This document shows positions 10,981-21,591 of a stretch of 60,761 nucleotides of DNA, one piece after another. A program made the translations under genes and the position numbers. Positions within the stretch are counted from its first letter, which is position 1, and every line of letters begins with the position of its first letter. Source of the DNA: an uncultured Clostridia bacterium (GTDB taxonomy: Bacteria > Bacillota > Clostridia > TANB77 > CAG-508); contig CANRFH010000004.1 in assembly GCA_947629835.1 (NCBI GenBank), forward strand, positions 1-60,761. The letters are read 5' to 3'. A model generated the notes under the pieces. That model saw only the letters and a program-made list of their open reading frames with translations, was not told the DNA's origin and did not search any database.

Positions 10981-11017
10981 TCCTCCATTTTATTAATATA
11001 TCATAGGAATTTAGCCT

Positions 11018-11770
11018 CTAATTTTTAATTATATCTTTTATTATTTCTCCTGCTATAATTAGACCAGCTACTGATGGAACAAATGATATACTTCCTGGTA
11101 CTTGATTTCTAATTGTACATTTTCTTTTTGTTCCGGGAGGGCATATACATCCTGTTTTACAGCTACTATTTTCTGTTTCATCTGGAATAAGTGGTTCTTC
11201 TTTTGAATAAACTACTTTTAATTCTTTAATTCCTCTTGCTCTTAATTCTTTTCTCATAACTTTTGCTAGAGGACAGACACTTGTTTTATAAATATCTGTT
11301 ACTTCAAATTTAGTTGGATCTAGTTTATTTCCTGTTCCCATACATGATATAATTGGAATATTTAGCTTATTAGCTCTTATAACTAATTCTATTTTTGCAG
11401 TTACTGTATCAACGCTATCAACAATATAATCAACTGTATTATCTAATATTTCTTTACTATCTGGCATAAAAAATTCCTGATATGTTTCAATATTTGCATT
11501 TGGATTAATATCCAATATTCTTTCCTTTGCAACATCTACCTTATATTTTCCTACTGTCTTATGAGTAGCAATAACCTGTCTATTTAAATTCGTTAAACAA
11601 ACCTTATCATCATCAACTAATATAAAATTACCAATCCCAGCTCTTACTAGCCCTTCAACAACGAAAGAGCCTACCCCTCCAATACCGAACACAGCTACTT
11701 TTGCTTTTTTTAATTTCTCAACTGATTCATTTCCTATTAGTAATTCTGTTCTTGAAAATTGATTTAACAT
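11018..11770 (-). CDS. tcdA: tRNA threonylcarbamoyladenosine dehydratase (ThiF family)
   Basis: GIGGVGS, TNLNRQ, GNKLDPT, CPLAKVMRKELR, GSISFVP. Confidence 0.88.
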   Translation of the reverse strand: MLNQFSRTELLIGNESVEKLKKAKVAVFGIGGVGSFVVEGLVRAGIGNFILVDDDKVCLTNLNRQVIATHKTVGKYKVDVAKERILDINPNANIETYQEFFMPDSKEILDNTVDYIVDSVDTVTAKIELVIRANKLNIPIISCMGTGNKLDPTKFEVTDIYKTSVCPLAKVMRKELRARGIKELKVVYSKEEPLIPDETENSSCKTGCICPPGTKRKCTIRNQVPGSISFVPSVAGLIIAGEIIKDIIKN

Positions 11771-11832
11771 TTACAATTCCACCTTTTAATATATAACTTT
11801 AATTGTATCTTTTGTTATATTCTTCAATTTCT

Positions 11833-12750
11833 TTATATTACATCAATATTGTTATCATTGAATATTATATCTCCATTTGAATCAATATCAAATGTTATCG
11901 TAATTATTACTCCATCATAAGGATAATCTATAATATGTTCATCTAATATACTAGTCCTTGGATCTAATACAGTTGATAGTGAAAATTTATATTCTCCCTC
12001 ACCTAATTCTCCATAAACTTCTGCCCAATTTATACTTATATCCACCTGTCCATCTTCATTTAATACATAATTAGATTCAGTTGATAAATCCTTTATTTTA
12101 TTAACTTCAGGCCAAGGATCATATGCTGGCAAAGCCATTCCTCCATCTTCTGTATATATAACTTCTGTCTTTGTTGGAGGTGGATTATATTTTTGTATAC
12201 TATATTTCATTTTTGAATAGTCATATTTTAATTCATTTTTATCTGTTATTTTAAGTTGAATTTGTTTGTTATTGCTTTTCTCCTTATTTATAGAAATAGA
12301 GATATTATCTTTTGAACTATATGCTTTAACAAATATATCTATTGGTATTTCTACACTACTTTCCTCTTTTAAAATTTCCACATTATCAACAACTGCTTCA
12401 TGTCTATTAATTTCATTTTCACTCTTACGATAATGAAAAGTTACTAATACTTCTTGTTTTTGCTTTAAATTTAAATTATTTTCTGTTTCATAGTAAAAAA
12501 ATTCTTCATTTCTATATTCTTCATTTAATGAAATTGGCATTATAGTTAAGCTATCCTTTTCTGGTCTTACAACTGCTCCTTTTGTCTTAAAAGTTCCTTC
12601 ATAGCTAATAATTGCCGCCAAACTATCGTAAGAACTATCTTGCTCACTATTTACTTTTTCATTTTTTCTGGTCATATACATAAATCCAATTGTTACTAAA
12701 ATTATTATAATTATTATGCTTAATATAATTCCTATTATTTTTTTATTCAT
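11833..12750 (-). CDS. Membrane-anchored hypothetical protein
   Basis: 305 aa ORF, N-terminal TM, W..YG.L..G.Y motif suggestive of an Ig-like domain. Confidence 0.65.
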   Translation of the reverse strand: MNKKIIGIILSIIIIIILVTIGFMYMTRKNEKVNSEQDSSYDSLAAIISYEGTFKTKGAVVRPEKDSLTIMPISLNEEYRNEEFFYYETENNLNLKQKQEVLVTFHYRKSENEINRHEAVVDNVEILKEESSVEIPIDIFVKAYSSKDNISISINKEKSNNKQIQLKITDKNELKYDYSKMKYSIQKYNPPPTKTEVIYTEDGGMALPAYDPWPEVNKIKDLSTESNYVLNEDGQVDISINWAEVYGELGEGEYKFSLSTVLDPRTSILDEHIIDYPYDGVIITITFDIDSNGDIIFNDNNIDVI

Positions 12751-12882
12751 ATTAATCCTCGTCGAGTAAACAAGCTCGACTATTCCTTTCTTACTAGGTT
12801 TTTATACATATTCTCTTTTAGCTACTATTTTATTGTAATATAACCTATTCTTTATCTTTTTTGCTATTTCTATAAAGTACAC

Positions 12883-13449
12883 TTATTTTTTAAGTTGTAA
12901 ACCATCCTTAAAAGCTTCTCCCACTCTTTCAGTAACTTTATAATATCCATGTGTATATGGATCAAATGCTATTGCATTTACTTTTGAAATATCTATTTTA
13001 TCTCCGTTCATTACACTTTCATCAGCAGTTACATTAATGACTTTTCCAACAACTCCTGCTCCATACTCGTCATCTTGGTATTCTATAAATTCACATTCCA
13101 TACAAATTGGAAATTCATTTATAATTGGTGCATCAACATTTTCTGATTTTTTAGCTGTTAGTCCACTATTTTCAAATTTATTTGGTGTATTATTTCCTGA
13201 TGCTATTCCAAAATAATCCGCTTCTACTACATGCTTAGCATCTGCGATGCTAACTGTAAATGCCTTTCTTTCTTTAATATTTTTAACAGTTTTATGTGAT
13301 TCTGTTAAATTAAGCACTACATGGTCTCTTTCTAACATCATTCCCCAAGCAGCATTCATTACATCAATACTTCCATCTTCATTGTATGTTGAAATCATTA
13401 ATACTGGCATTGGAAATATTGCTTCCGTTGTTTCAATATTTTTTCTCAT
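12883..13449 (-). CDS. Flavin reductase-like protein
   Basis: FPMPV, NAAWG, AFTVS, DYFGIASG, APII.EFP..MEC. Confidence 0.85.
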   Translation of the reverse strand: MRKNIETTEAIFPMPVLMISTYNEDGSIDVMNAAWGMMLERDHVVLNLTESHKTVKNIKERKAFTVSIADAKHVVEADYFGIASGNNTPNKFENSGLTAKKSENVDAPIINEFPICMECEFIEYQDDEYGAGVVGKVINVTADESVMNGDKIDISKVNAIAFDPYTHGYYKVTERVGEAFKDGLQLKK

Positions 13450-13498
13450 AAAAAATTCCTCCTTTAAACTTTTTATTTATATAATATGTAATTATAAC

Positions 13499-14023
13499 CT
13501 ATCTTTCAAAATCTATATCTTTATCTATTTTTCTTCCTAATCTCTTTATTATTTCTTCAATATCTTTTTTGCTTAATCCCTCTCCTGCATTTTTTCCATC
13601 TCCATTAGAGATTTTTATTAATTTTTTAAGTAATTCTTCATCGTATGAACTAAATACTTCATCATCTAATATTACAAAATCTTCAATGTCTGTATGCTCC
13701 TCTAACCATTCTTTTATTTCTTTTCCTCTTTCATTATTTAAAAATGGAGTTTCACTAATTACTGATATTCCATATTTAAGTAATAATTCTTTTATCATTT
13801 CACCCATTTGGCTATATCTAACAGATGTACTTAATACAACTTTTGCATCAGTTAAGTCTGTTGCTTCTTTTAATAATTTTACTTTATTTACATCAATATT
13901 TCTTTCAATTCCTTGTATCTTAGCTCCGCTTTTTATTAGATTAAAAACTTTTTCAAAATATTGGTCTGAATTTAAAACACCATCTACATCTAAAAAAATG
14001 ACTTTCATAATTTTCTCCATCAA
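13499..14023 (-). CDS. HAD-superfamily protein (RNA-repair-associated HAD-like)
   Basis: IFLDVDGVLN motif I, VVLSTS, RG.EI..WL, FVILDD. Confidence 0.8.
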   Translation of the reverse strand: MMEKIMKVIFLDVDGVLNSDQYFEKVFNLIKSGAKIQGIERNIDVNKVKLLKEATDLTDAKVVLSTSVRYSQMGEMIKELLLKYGISVISETPFLNNERGKEIKEWLEEHTDIEDFVILDDEVFSSYDEELLKKLIKISNGDGKNAGEGLSKKDIEEIIKRLGRKIDKDIDFER

Positions 14024-14061
14024 TATTTGTTTAACTTTAAAATTTTTTGTTTCGATCTTAA

Positions 14062-15786
14062 CTATTTTACTTCTTTTGCTTTCAAAATAACCTCTTTATC
14101 TAGTTCAAAGTAATCTTTAACTGCATCCTCAACCCAATCTGTACCTACCATAGGTGTAAAGCCATACATTTCATTAATAGGTGAGTTTAAATATAATTCT
14201 TTTTCATTAGTATTGTTTTTCTTATATTCTTCTATGATTCTAATATTTTCATAATATATATTTTTATTTATATAATAATTTTTTAAAATTGTTATATAAT
14301 TTATTAAAGCTACAATGAGCATTATACAAATCACTATTGAAATTTCAATTTTAATAACATCACTACTATCTAATGGTGCAAAGATTTTTATTAATATATA
14401 TGCTATAAGAATCATACAAGCTAATGCAAGATTATAAATTGCAATAGGTAATATAAAAATCAATACAATTCCGCTTTTTTCTATATATGCATGTTTAATT
14501 AAATATGCTATTGCAAACCAAGAAAACATTATAGTATAATATGTTGTTCTAAATGGACTATATGGAGCCATAACCATTATAACCTGCATTATTAGTGCTG
14601 ACATTACTGTTATTACTAAAAATGGATCTTTCTTTTTTAAACAAATTAAATATGCTTCTATTACCGTTGATATCATAACAATTGTAGTTGTAATATAAGG
14701 AATAAACATTTGCAAAGTTAATACTCCATCTATTTGAGCATAAAGTATATTTTTGAAATTTACTACTAAATCTGCTAACCAATCCAATTTTGGAATATTT
14801 AAACTTACGACTAAACATAGGACTATATATCCAATTTGTATTATAGAAGTCGTGTATGCCAATATCTTTTTTGTTTTATTTTCTTCCTTATTGAATAATT
14901 TCAAGCCTATAACTGCATTTAATCCTATTAATACAAGCAAATAAAAAGGAATTGATATAAATCTGTATTTAATAAAATTAAACATTTGTCCATATATACA
15001 TTCTACTCTGTAAAATATTTTTTGTATTAAATTGCAGCTTGCATATCCTTTAAAAGAAGTTAACATTCTAGCATTATTTCCAGGTGCAAAATAGAAAATT
15101 GCAAATCCTATTATTCCTATAATAGTTGTAATATAATAAAACTTTGAAATTTTTTCTTTTAGTATGAATTTCTTCCATATCATAAGAAGAATTGGTATTA
15201 TTACAACTAAAGGTCCTGTTTGTGCACTACTCCATCCTGCAAAAAATGCTACAATTGGTAATAAGATTTTATCATATTTTTTATTTATTTTCAAAATCAT
15301 TCTTGTATATAAATAATAAAAATATAAGAAAATTTGAAAAGCTGTAAATTCATACGCTAAACCGCCATCTAACCAATATAATACTTCTCTTGATATTACT
15401 ATATTTAAAATATATAAACATGTCCAGATTATTGTTGAAACCAAAGCCTTGTGTTTTTTGTCCTTATATGTAATCATTCTTGTTGCTAAAATTACTGTTA
15501 ATATTACAATAGCACATTGAAATATTTTCCATATACTAATATCAAACATTAGAAACATACTAGCAATCAAACATGTGAGACCTCCACCCCAGCTCATATA
15601 ATTATTAGTGAAATACTTAAATATCTCACTAATGCCACCTTTACTAATAACTCCTAGTCCAAAATCATCAGCATATAATACTACTTCATTCATATGTATT
15701 ATAAACATTATTGACCCAATAATCATTACAGTAATATACAATTTATTATTTTTTATATATTGATATATTTGTTTTAATTTTTCCAT
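14062..15786 (-). CDS. Polytopic membrane protein, putative GT-C glycosyltransferase (DUF6056-like)
   Basis: YADD after the first TM, about 13 TMs, APGNNAR; last gene of a glycosylation operon. Confidence 0.7.
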   Translation of the reverse strand: MEKLKQIYQYIKNNKLYITVMIIGSIMFIIHMNEVVLYADDFGLGVISKGGISEIFKYFTNNYMSWGGGLTCLIASMFLMFDISIWKIFQCAIVILTVILATRMITYKDKKHKALVSTIIWTCLYILNIVISREVLYWLDGGLAYEFTAFQIFLYFYYLYTRMILKINKKYDKILLPIVAFFAGWSSAQTGPLVVIIPILLMIWKKFILKEKISKFYYITTIIGIIGFAIFYFAPGNNARMLTSFKGYASCNLIQKIFYRVECIYGQMFNFIKYRFISIPFYLLVLIGLNAVIGLKLFNKEENKTKKILAYTTSIIQIGYIVLCLVVSLNIPKLDWLADLVVNFKNILYAQIDGVLTLQMFIPYITTTIVMISTVIEAYLICLKKKDPFLVITVMSALIMQVIMVMAPYSPFRTTYYTIMFSWFAIAYLIKHAYIEKSGIVLIFILPIAIYNLALACMILIAYILIKIFAPLDSSDVIKIEISIVICIMLIVALINYITILKNYYINKNIYYENIRIIEEYKKNNTNEKELYLNSPINEMYGFTPMVGTDWVEDAVKDYFELDKEVILKAKEVK

Positions 15787-15795
15787 TTTTCCTCC

Positions 15796-16122
15796 TTATA
15801 TTGAATATATTACAATACCAGATATTATTAGCATTATACCAAATATAGTTTTTTTATTTATTTTTTCCTTTAAATATATATAACTAAGCACCGGAACAAA
15901 AATAAAGCTAAGTGCTTGTAATATCCCTGATAACGTTAAATTTACACCTTTATACCCTATTAAAGTAAAAAATGTAGATATTATCATTAAAGTATAACCA
16001 ATAATTGTATATTTGTTAATATATATTTTTTTTTGCCCTGAACCTTTTTTTAGTATTATTTGACTTATACTTGCTATTAGGATTGATAAAACAAAAAATA
16101 TAATATAGATACTATTATTCAT
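15796..16122 (-). CDS. Small DMT/EamA-family transporter (ArnE/F-like flippase subunit)
   Basis: 108 aa, 4 TM, SQIILKK, LKEKI....G..LI..G. Confidence 0.75.
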   Translation of the reverse strand: MNNSIYIIFFVLSILIASISQIILKKGSGQKKIYINKYTIIGYTLMIISTFFTLIGYKGVNLTLSGILQALSFIFVPVLSYIYLKEKINKKTIFGIMLIISGIVIYSI

Positions 16123-16459
16123 TGCATTTTCCTCCCAAAATTGTTGTAATTACTCCTACGGTCACAATAATCATTCCGAAAGCCATGTTAACTGAAATTT
16201 TTTCTCCAAATAATATTATTCCATATATTACATTCCATATAATTGTTGTGCTTTTAAATATATATGCTTTTACTAAATCAACATTTTTTAAAAGTTTTTG
16301 CCATAAAATAGAAAAAATTACTAATACTCCTATTGATAAACTAAATAATAGCATCTTATATATTATATTATCACAATTTGCTGCAAATTTCATTATTACA
16401 CTTGATACTGGAAATATTGTATAACTAAATATTGCTAATATTATATTCTTCTTGTTCAT
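16115..16459 (-). CDS. Small DMT/EamA-family transporter (ArnE/F-like flippase subunit)
   Basis: 4 TM, LWQKLLK.VDL..AY, LFGEKIS. Confidence 0.75.
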   Translation of the reverse strand: MNKKNIILAIFSYTIFPVSSVIMKFAANCDNIIYKMLLFSLSIGVLVIFSILWQKLLKNVDLVKAYIFKSTTIIWNVIYGIILFGEKISVNMAFGMIIVTVGVITTILGGKCNE

Positions 16460-17390
16460 TCTCTTTCTCCTCTTTTTCATTAAATATATTTCTTATTATA
16501 TATAATGGTCGATTTTTACTTTGTACAAATATATTTCCTATATATATACCTACTATACCAACAGTAAATATTATTATCCCGCTCATCAGGCACATTGTTG
16601 CTATAATACTTGACCAACCTTCCGCTACTTTATGAATAAAATAGTTCACTACTATAACTAAAACTGCTATTAGAGAAATTAATGTTATCAAAAATCCCAT
16701 AAATACTATTGCTTTTAATACTTTATCACTCTGGGAAAATATAATATCCATTGCCATTTTAAATCGTTTTTTAAAGTTATATGATGATTTTCCTGCTTTT
16801 CTTTTATCATTTTCTACATCTATTGCTGTTTGTTTAAATCCTAACCATTGTATATAAATTACATATGCTCTATGCTCTTCTCTCATTTTGCAATAGCTAT
16901 CTACTACTTTTCTATTAATAATACTAAAGTTGCATAGTGTGGAATCATATTTTACATCTGTTGCAAATGAATATATTTTATAAAAAATCTTAGATATTAA
17001 TATTTTAAAGAAATTATCTTTTCTCTTTTTCTTTCTTGCAAAGACTACATCATAACCTTCCTTAGTTTTGTTATATAGATTTATAATTTCTTCTGGTCTA
17101 TCTTGTAAGTCACAATCCATTACAACTACCCAATCTCCTGTTGAATGTTCCAATCCTGCTAATATTGCTTTCATCTGTCCAAAATTTCTCGATAATTCTA
17201 TACCTATAACTCTTTTATCTTTATCACAAATTTTTTGGATAATTTCTATAGAATTTTGAGGACAGCAATCATTTACCAAAATAATCTCATAATCATTTGT
17301 TATTTCATTCAATGACTTAACTAATCTTTCATATAGTTCTTCTAATGCTTCTCTACATCCATATACTGGAATTACAACAGATAATTTCAT
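16425..17390 (-). CDS. GT2 polyprenyl-phosphate glycosyltransferase (GtrB/ArnC-like)
   Basis: SVVIPVY, SRNFGQ, MDCDLQDRPE, two C-terminal TMs, RPLYII. Confidence 0.9.
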   Translation of the reverse strand: MKLSVVIPVYGCREALEELYERLVKSLNEITNDYEIILVNDCCPQNSIEIIQKICDKDKRVIGIELSRNFGQMKAILAGLEHSTGDWVVVMDCDLQDRPEEIINLYNKTKEGYDVVFARKKKRKDNFFKILISKIFYKIYSFATDVKYDSTLCNFSIINRKVVDSYCKMREEHRAYVIYIQWLGFKQTAIDVENDKRKAGKSSYNFKKRFKMAMDIIFSQSDKVLKAIVFMGFLITLISLIAVLVIVVNYFIHKVAEGWSSIIATMCLMSGIIIFTVGIVGIYIGNIFVQSKNRPLYIIRNIFNEKEEKENEQEEYNISNI

Positions 17391-17393
17391 TTT

Positions 17394-18560
17394 TTATTGT
17401 TCTCCTTTTAATTCTTCAATTTCTTTTATTTCTTTTAAATCTTTGCATTGTAATATATAATATCCATATCTCGATGAACTATCTACTATTTCATGATTTA
17501 AATCTGATATTTGGCTTATATAATAAATTGAATTAGGAAATTTTTCTTTGATTTTCTCTAATTTATCTATTTCCTCTTTATTAAAAATAAATTTAATCAT
17601 AGCAATATGTGGTTCATAAGATTTTTCTAATATTGGCTCTTTTCCTAATGATACATCTATTGTTAACTTTAAAAAATCATATCCTGTTGATATTTTTACT
17701 AAATCAGATCCTATACAATCTCCACCCATTCTTGCTCCAACTTCAATTATATTAACATTACCTTCATTATCAATTTTAAATTCAGAATGTGAAGGACCAT
17801 TTTCTATTTTTAATGCATCTAATGCTTTAAAAACTTCTCTTTTTACACATTCTTCTTGTTTTTTTGATAGTCCTGATGGTTGAATATGTCCAGTTTCTAT
17901 AAAATTCGGCAATCCAGTTGTAAACTTCTTTGTTGTAGTTAAAAATATATGTTTTCCCCTATATGAAATGCATTCACAGCTATACTCATCTCCACATATA
18001 AATTCTTCGACTATTGCCTTTTTTTCAAATGAGCTTTCAATTGCATAATTTATAGCGTCTTGTAAATCTTCTTTTTGTTTTACTAATGTAATTCCTCGAC
18101 TACCTGAACGGTCTGTTGGTTTTACAATTATAGGCATTTTAAATTCATCTATATTTACAATTTCGTCTGATTCAACTTTTATAAATTTTGGCACTATGAT
18201 ATTAGCTGTTTTAAAGGCTTTTCTCATTTCATATTTATTTGTACAAATTTTTGAATTTTCTGGTTTATTTGCTATTAAATTTAGTTTACTTGCTAAATAA
18301 TTAACTGTAGATACAGCTAAGTCAGATGCAATCGATACAATAGCTTTTGGTTTTATCTTCTTACATTGTTCTAAGATTTTTTCTTTTTCTACTATGCTTA
18401 TTGGATAAAAATAGTCTGCTGTTTTTTCTCCTATATCTCCTGATTTCCATGCAAATACATGTGTTTCATATCCCATTTCTTTAGCTTTTAAAATTATAGG
18501 ATTTTGAAAACTATTTGCACCTATTATTACTATTTTTTCCATTTGTTGCTCCTTTTTCAT
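17394..18560 (-). CDS. ATP-grasp domain ligase
   Basis: NKYEMR, IVKPTDRSGSRG, VEEFICGDEYS, IIEVGARMGG. Confidence 0.85.
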   Translation of the reverse strand: MKKEQQMEKIVIIGANSFQNPIILKAKEMGYETHVFAWKSGDIGEKTADYFYPISIVEKEKILEQCKKIKPKAIVSIASDLAVSTVNYLASKLNLIANKPENSKICTNKYEMRKAFKTANIIVPKFIKVESDEIVNIDEFKMPIIVKPTDRSGSRGITLVKQKEDLQDAINYAIESSFEKKAIVEEFICGDEYSCECISYRGKHIFLTTTKKFTTGLPNFIETGHIQPSGLSKKQEECVKREVFKALDALKIENGPSHSEFKIDNEGNVNIIEVGARMGGDCIGSDLVKISTGYDFLKLTIDVSLGKEPILEKSYEPHIAMIKFIFNKEEIDKLEKIKEKFPNSIYYISQISDLNHEIVDSSSRYGYYILQCKDLKEIKEIEELKGEQ

Positions 18561-19580
18561 TTAACTATTATCTTTTTTTCCAAATTCTACTAACTCTTTC
18601 CACTCACCATTCTCTAATTCTTTTTTGTAATCAAGCATGATGTCTAAATAATTTCTATATTCTGGCACAAATCCGAAATCTTCATTAGCTTTTGTCATAT
18701 CAAATAAGAATGATGGCGTATTATTAGATTTATCTGGTCTATATATGATTTTAGATTTTTTGTTTTTAGTGAATACCTCTATAATAATTTTTATTTGTTC
18801 CTCTAAATCTAATGGAACACCTGAGCTCATATTATATAAACCTTTTGCTTTATCAGATTTTAATACTAAATAAAATGCACGTGCTACATCTTTTACATAT
18901 ATAATATCTCTACTTAAATGTGGATCTCCCCATATTTCTATATCTTTACCTGCTTCAGCATTTTCTATAAATGTTTGTATTCCTGATTTATAATATTTTC
19001 CATTTACATATATTTCTGAGTGAGGGCCAACACCATATACTGGAGGTAGCCTAAATATTATCCCCTGTAATCCATGTTGTTGATTATAATATTCTATAAC
19101 ATCATTTGCTGCATTTTTTGACATTACATATACTGCATGATCTCCTGTAAACTTATAACCCCTTGGCTCTGTTTCTTTGATTGCATATCCCTTTTTCCAA
19201 GAATTAAACACATCTGCATAGGAAGACGTACAAATTACTTTTTTTACACTATTCTTTCTACAATATTCTAATATATTTATTACACCTATTGTATTTACCT
19301 TAAAATAATCTGCTGCATTTTCATCAACAGATATATCTGTTTTTGAATTTGCAGGCAATAATCCACCTAATATAATTACCCCTTCTACATTTTCAGTTGG
19401 TAATTTTTTTATATCTTCCTCATTTGTCATATCAAACTCTATAAAATTTGCGCCTATATTTCTTAAAATATTACTTTTAGCTCTTCTTCTTCCTGTTGCT
19501 AAAACTTCTATTCCTTGTTCAATGAAATATTTCGTTGTATAGTGTCCTATAAAGCCTGTTGCTCCTATTATAATAACCAT
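18561..19580 (-). CDS. NAD-dependent epimerase/dehydratase
   Basis: GATGFIG, YVMSK (YxxxK), VYG, SRDIIYVKD. Confidence 0.87.
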   Translation of the reverse strand: MVIIIGATGFIGHYTTKYFIEQGIEVLATGRRRAKSNILRNIGANFIEFDMTNEEDIKKLPTENVEGVIILGGLLPANSKTDISVDENAADYFKVNTIGVINILEYCRKNSVKKVICTSSYADVFNSWKKGYAIKETEPRGYKFTGDHAVYVMSKNAANDVIEYYNQQHGLQGIIFRLPPVYGVGPHSEIYVNGKYYKSGIQTFIENAEAGKDIEIWGDPHLSRDIIYVKDVARAFYLVLKSDKAKGLYNMSSGVPLDLEEQIKIIIEVFTKNKKSKIIYRPDKSNNTPSFLFDMTKANEDFGFVPEYRNYLDIMLDYKKELENGEWKELVEFGKKDNS

Positions 19581-19594
19581 ATTAATTCTTCCTT

Positions 19595-20722
19595 TTATTT
19601 TAAAATTTCAAATATTTTATCACATATATAATTAGATTCATCTATACTCATATCCGGAAATAGAGGTAATCTTAATAATCTATATGCATATTCTTCTGTT
19701 ACTGGCAGACTTCCTTTTTTACATCCTAGTTTTATTCCCATAGGTGATGTATGAAGTGGTATATAATGAAAAACTGCCTCTATTCCATTATTTTTTAAAT
19801 TTTGTAAAAGATAATCTCTTATTTTTTCTGTTGGCAATACAATATAATACATATGAGCATTATGTTTTGCATAATCTGGTATGTATGGTCTTATCAGTTT
19901 TCCTTCTTTTTCTAATTCTTCTAGTCTTTTATTATAATTATTCCATACCAACATTCTCTTTTGCAGTATTTCTTTTGATCTTGACAATTGTCCATAAAGG
20001 AGCGCTGCTAAAATATCAGATGGTAAATATGATGAACCTACTTCATACCAAGTATATTTATCAACTTGTCCTCTTATAAATTGCGATCTATTTGTTCCTT
20101 TTTCTCTTATTATTTCTGCTTCTTGAAATTTATCATTGTCTTTAACAACTATCGCTCCACCTTCACCCATAACAAAGTTTTTTGTTTCATGAAAGCTATA
20201 ACACCCATAATCTCCAAGTGTTCCTAATGGTTTATCTTTATAATATGCCAATACTCCATGTGCAGCATCTTCAACTACTATTAAATTATACTTTTTAGCT
20301 ATATTTAATATTTTATCCATATCACAGGCAATACCAGCATAATGAACAATAAATATAGCTTTTGTTTTCTTAGTTATCTTTTCTTCTAATAAATTTGCAT
20401 CTATATTAAAAGTCCTTTTGTCAATATCTACAAAAACTGGTTTTGCGCCTCTCAATAATATTGCATCTGCTGTGGACACAAAAGTATATGACGGTAATAA
20501 TACTTCATCACCTGCTTTTAATTCAGCAAGTAATGCTGCAAGTTCAAGTGAATGTGTCCCAGAAGTAGTTAATAAAAAATTGTCTATATTGCAATAATCT
20601 TTAAACCATTTATTACATTTTTTAGTAAAAATACCATCCCCACATATTCTATTATTAATAAATGATTCTTCTATATATTTTTTTTCTAACTCTGTTATAG
20701 ATATTTTAGAAAAAGGTATCAT
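19595..20722 (-). CDS. wecE: dTDP-4-amino-4,6-dideoxygalactose transaminase (DegT family)
   Basis: SGTHSLE, VEDAAH, SFHETKN, GEGGA, EKGTNR..F.RGQVDKYTW; ATG at 20722 after GGAGG. Confidence 0.88.
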   Translation of the reverse strand: MIPFSKISITELEKKYIEESFINNRICGDGIFTKKCNKWFKDYCNIDNFLLTTSGTHSLELAALLAELKAGDEVLLPSYTFVSTADAILLRGAKPVFVDIDKRTFNIDANLLEEKITKKTKAIFIVHYAGIACDMDKILNIAKKYNLIVVEDAAHGVLAYYKDKPLGTLGDYGCYSFHETKNFVMGEGGAIVVKDNDKFQEAEIIREKGTNRSQFIRGQVDKYTWYEVGSSYLPSDILAALLYGQLSRSKEILQKRMLVWNNYNKRLEELEKEGKLIRPYIPDYAKHNAHMYYIVLPTEKIRDYLLQNLKNNGIEAVFHYIPLHTSPMGIKLGCKKGSLPVTEEYAYRLLRLPLFPDMSIDESNYICDKIFEILK

Positions 20723-20734
20723 TTTATTTCCTCC

Positions 20735-20764
20735 AAAAAAAAACACACAAAACTTATACTAAAA

Positions 20765-20785
<21 letters not shown>
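20735..20785 (-). terminator. Intrinsic terminator/attenuator immediately upstream of the wecE RBS
   Basis: 18-bp stem ACACACAGGACTTATACT/AGTATAAGTTTTGTGTGT (two G-U pairs, valid only on the minus strand), 7-nt loop, long T tract. Confidence 0.8.
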
Positions 20786-20875
<90 letters not shown>

Positions 20876-20928
20876 TTTTGTTTCTCCCCATTTATTTCTT
20901 ACGTTTGTTCTAAAATTAATCTAAATTT

Positions 20929-20957
20929 ATTGTATATGTTTTTTTATAAATAGTCAA
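20929..20957 (-). promoter_or_regulatory. SigA promoter of the leader/glycosylation operon
   Basis: TTGACT-17 nt-TACAAT. Confidence 0.7.
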
Positions 20958-20972
20958 TTCAGATTTTCATTT

Positions 20973-21518
20973 TTATAATATATCTTTTACATTTCTCATA
21001 AATATTACATTTTCAACAATGTCTATAACTGCATATACTACCATCATAATTCCAATTGTTGTAATAATTGTTCCTGAATTCATTATAACAAATAGTCCAC
21101 ATATAAGCATCACAATTGCTAAAATTAAACTATATATCCAAATCTTTGCCTTTAATGATCTTAATTCTAATGATAAATTCATTCTAATAAATGAGCTATA
21201 TATAATCCATATTCCTATAATGATTCTAAGTATAGAACTTATTGTGCTACTGTAAACTATAGTCACAATTCCTAATACACAAGTCATTAGCCCATATATT
21301 AAATCATAATTATAAAAATCATATTTTTCCTTTGTTAGAAAATAATTAATTATTTTTAAAACTCCAATAGTGATAAAAATTATACCTAAAACATAAGATA
21401 TTACCTTTATTGTTTCTTCTGGCTTCCATATTACTATTGCTCCAAGTATACCAAATACTAATGATTCTAGTATAGATATCCATCCTGTCTTTTTCAATAA
21501 TTGTTTAAGTCCTTCCAT
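20973..21518 (-). CDS. HdeD/DUF308 family membrane protein
   Basis: 181 aa, six TMs in a repeated pattern. Confidence 0.75.
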   Translation of the reverse strand: MEGLKQLLKKTGWISILESLVFGILGAIVIWKPEETIKVISYVLGIIFITIGVLKIINYFLTKEKYDFYNYDLIYGLMTCVLGIVTIVYSSTISSILRIIIGIWIIYSSFIRMNLSLELRSLKAKIWIYSLILAIVMLICGLFVIMNSGTIITTIGIMMVVYAVIDIVENVIFMRNVKDIL

Positions 21519-21591
21519 TACTACATTTTCCTCCTATCTTTATTAATTTTTATATTATATATTATAAAAATAAGCTTATTATAAACAAATT

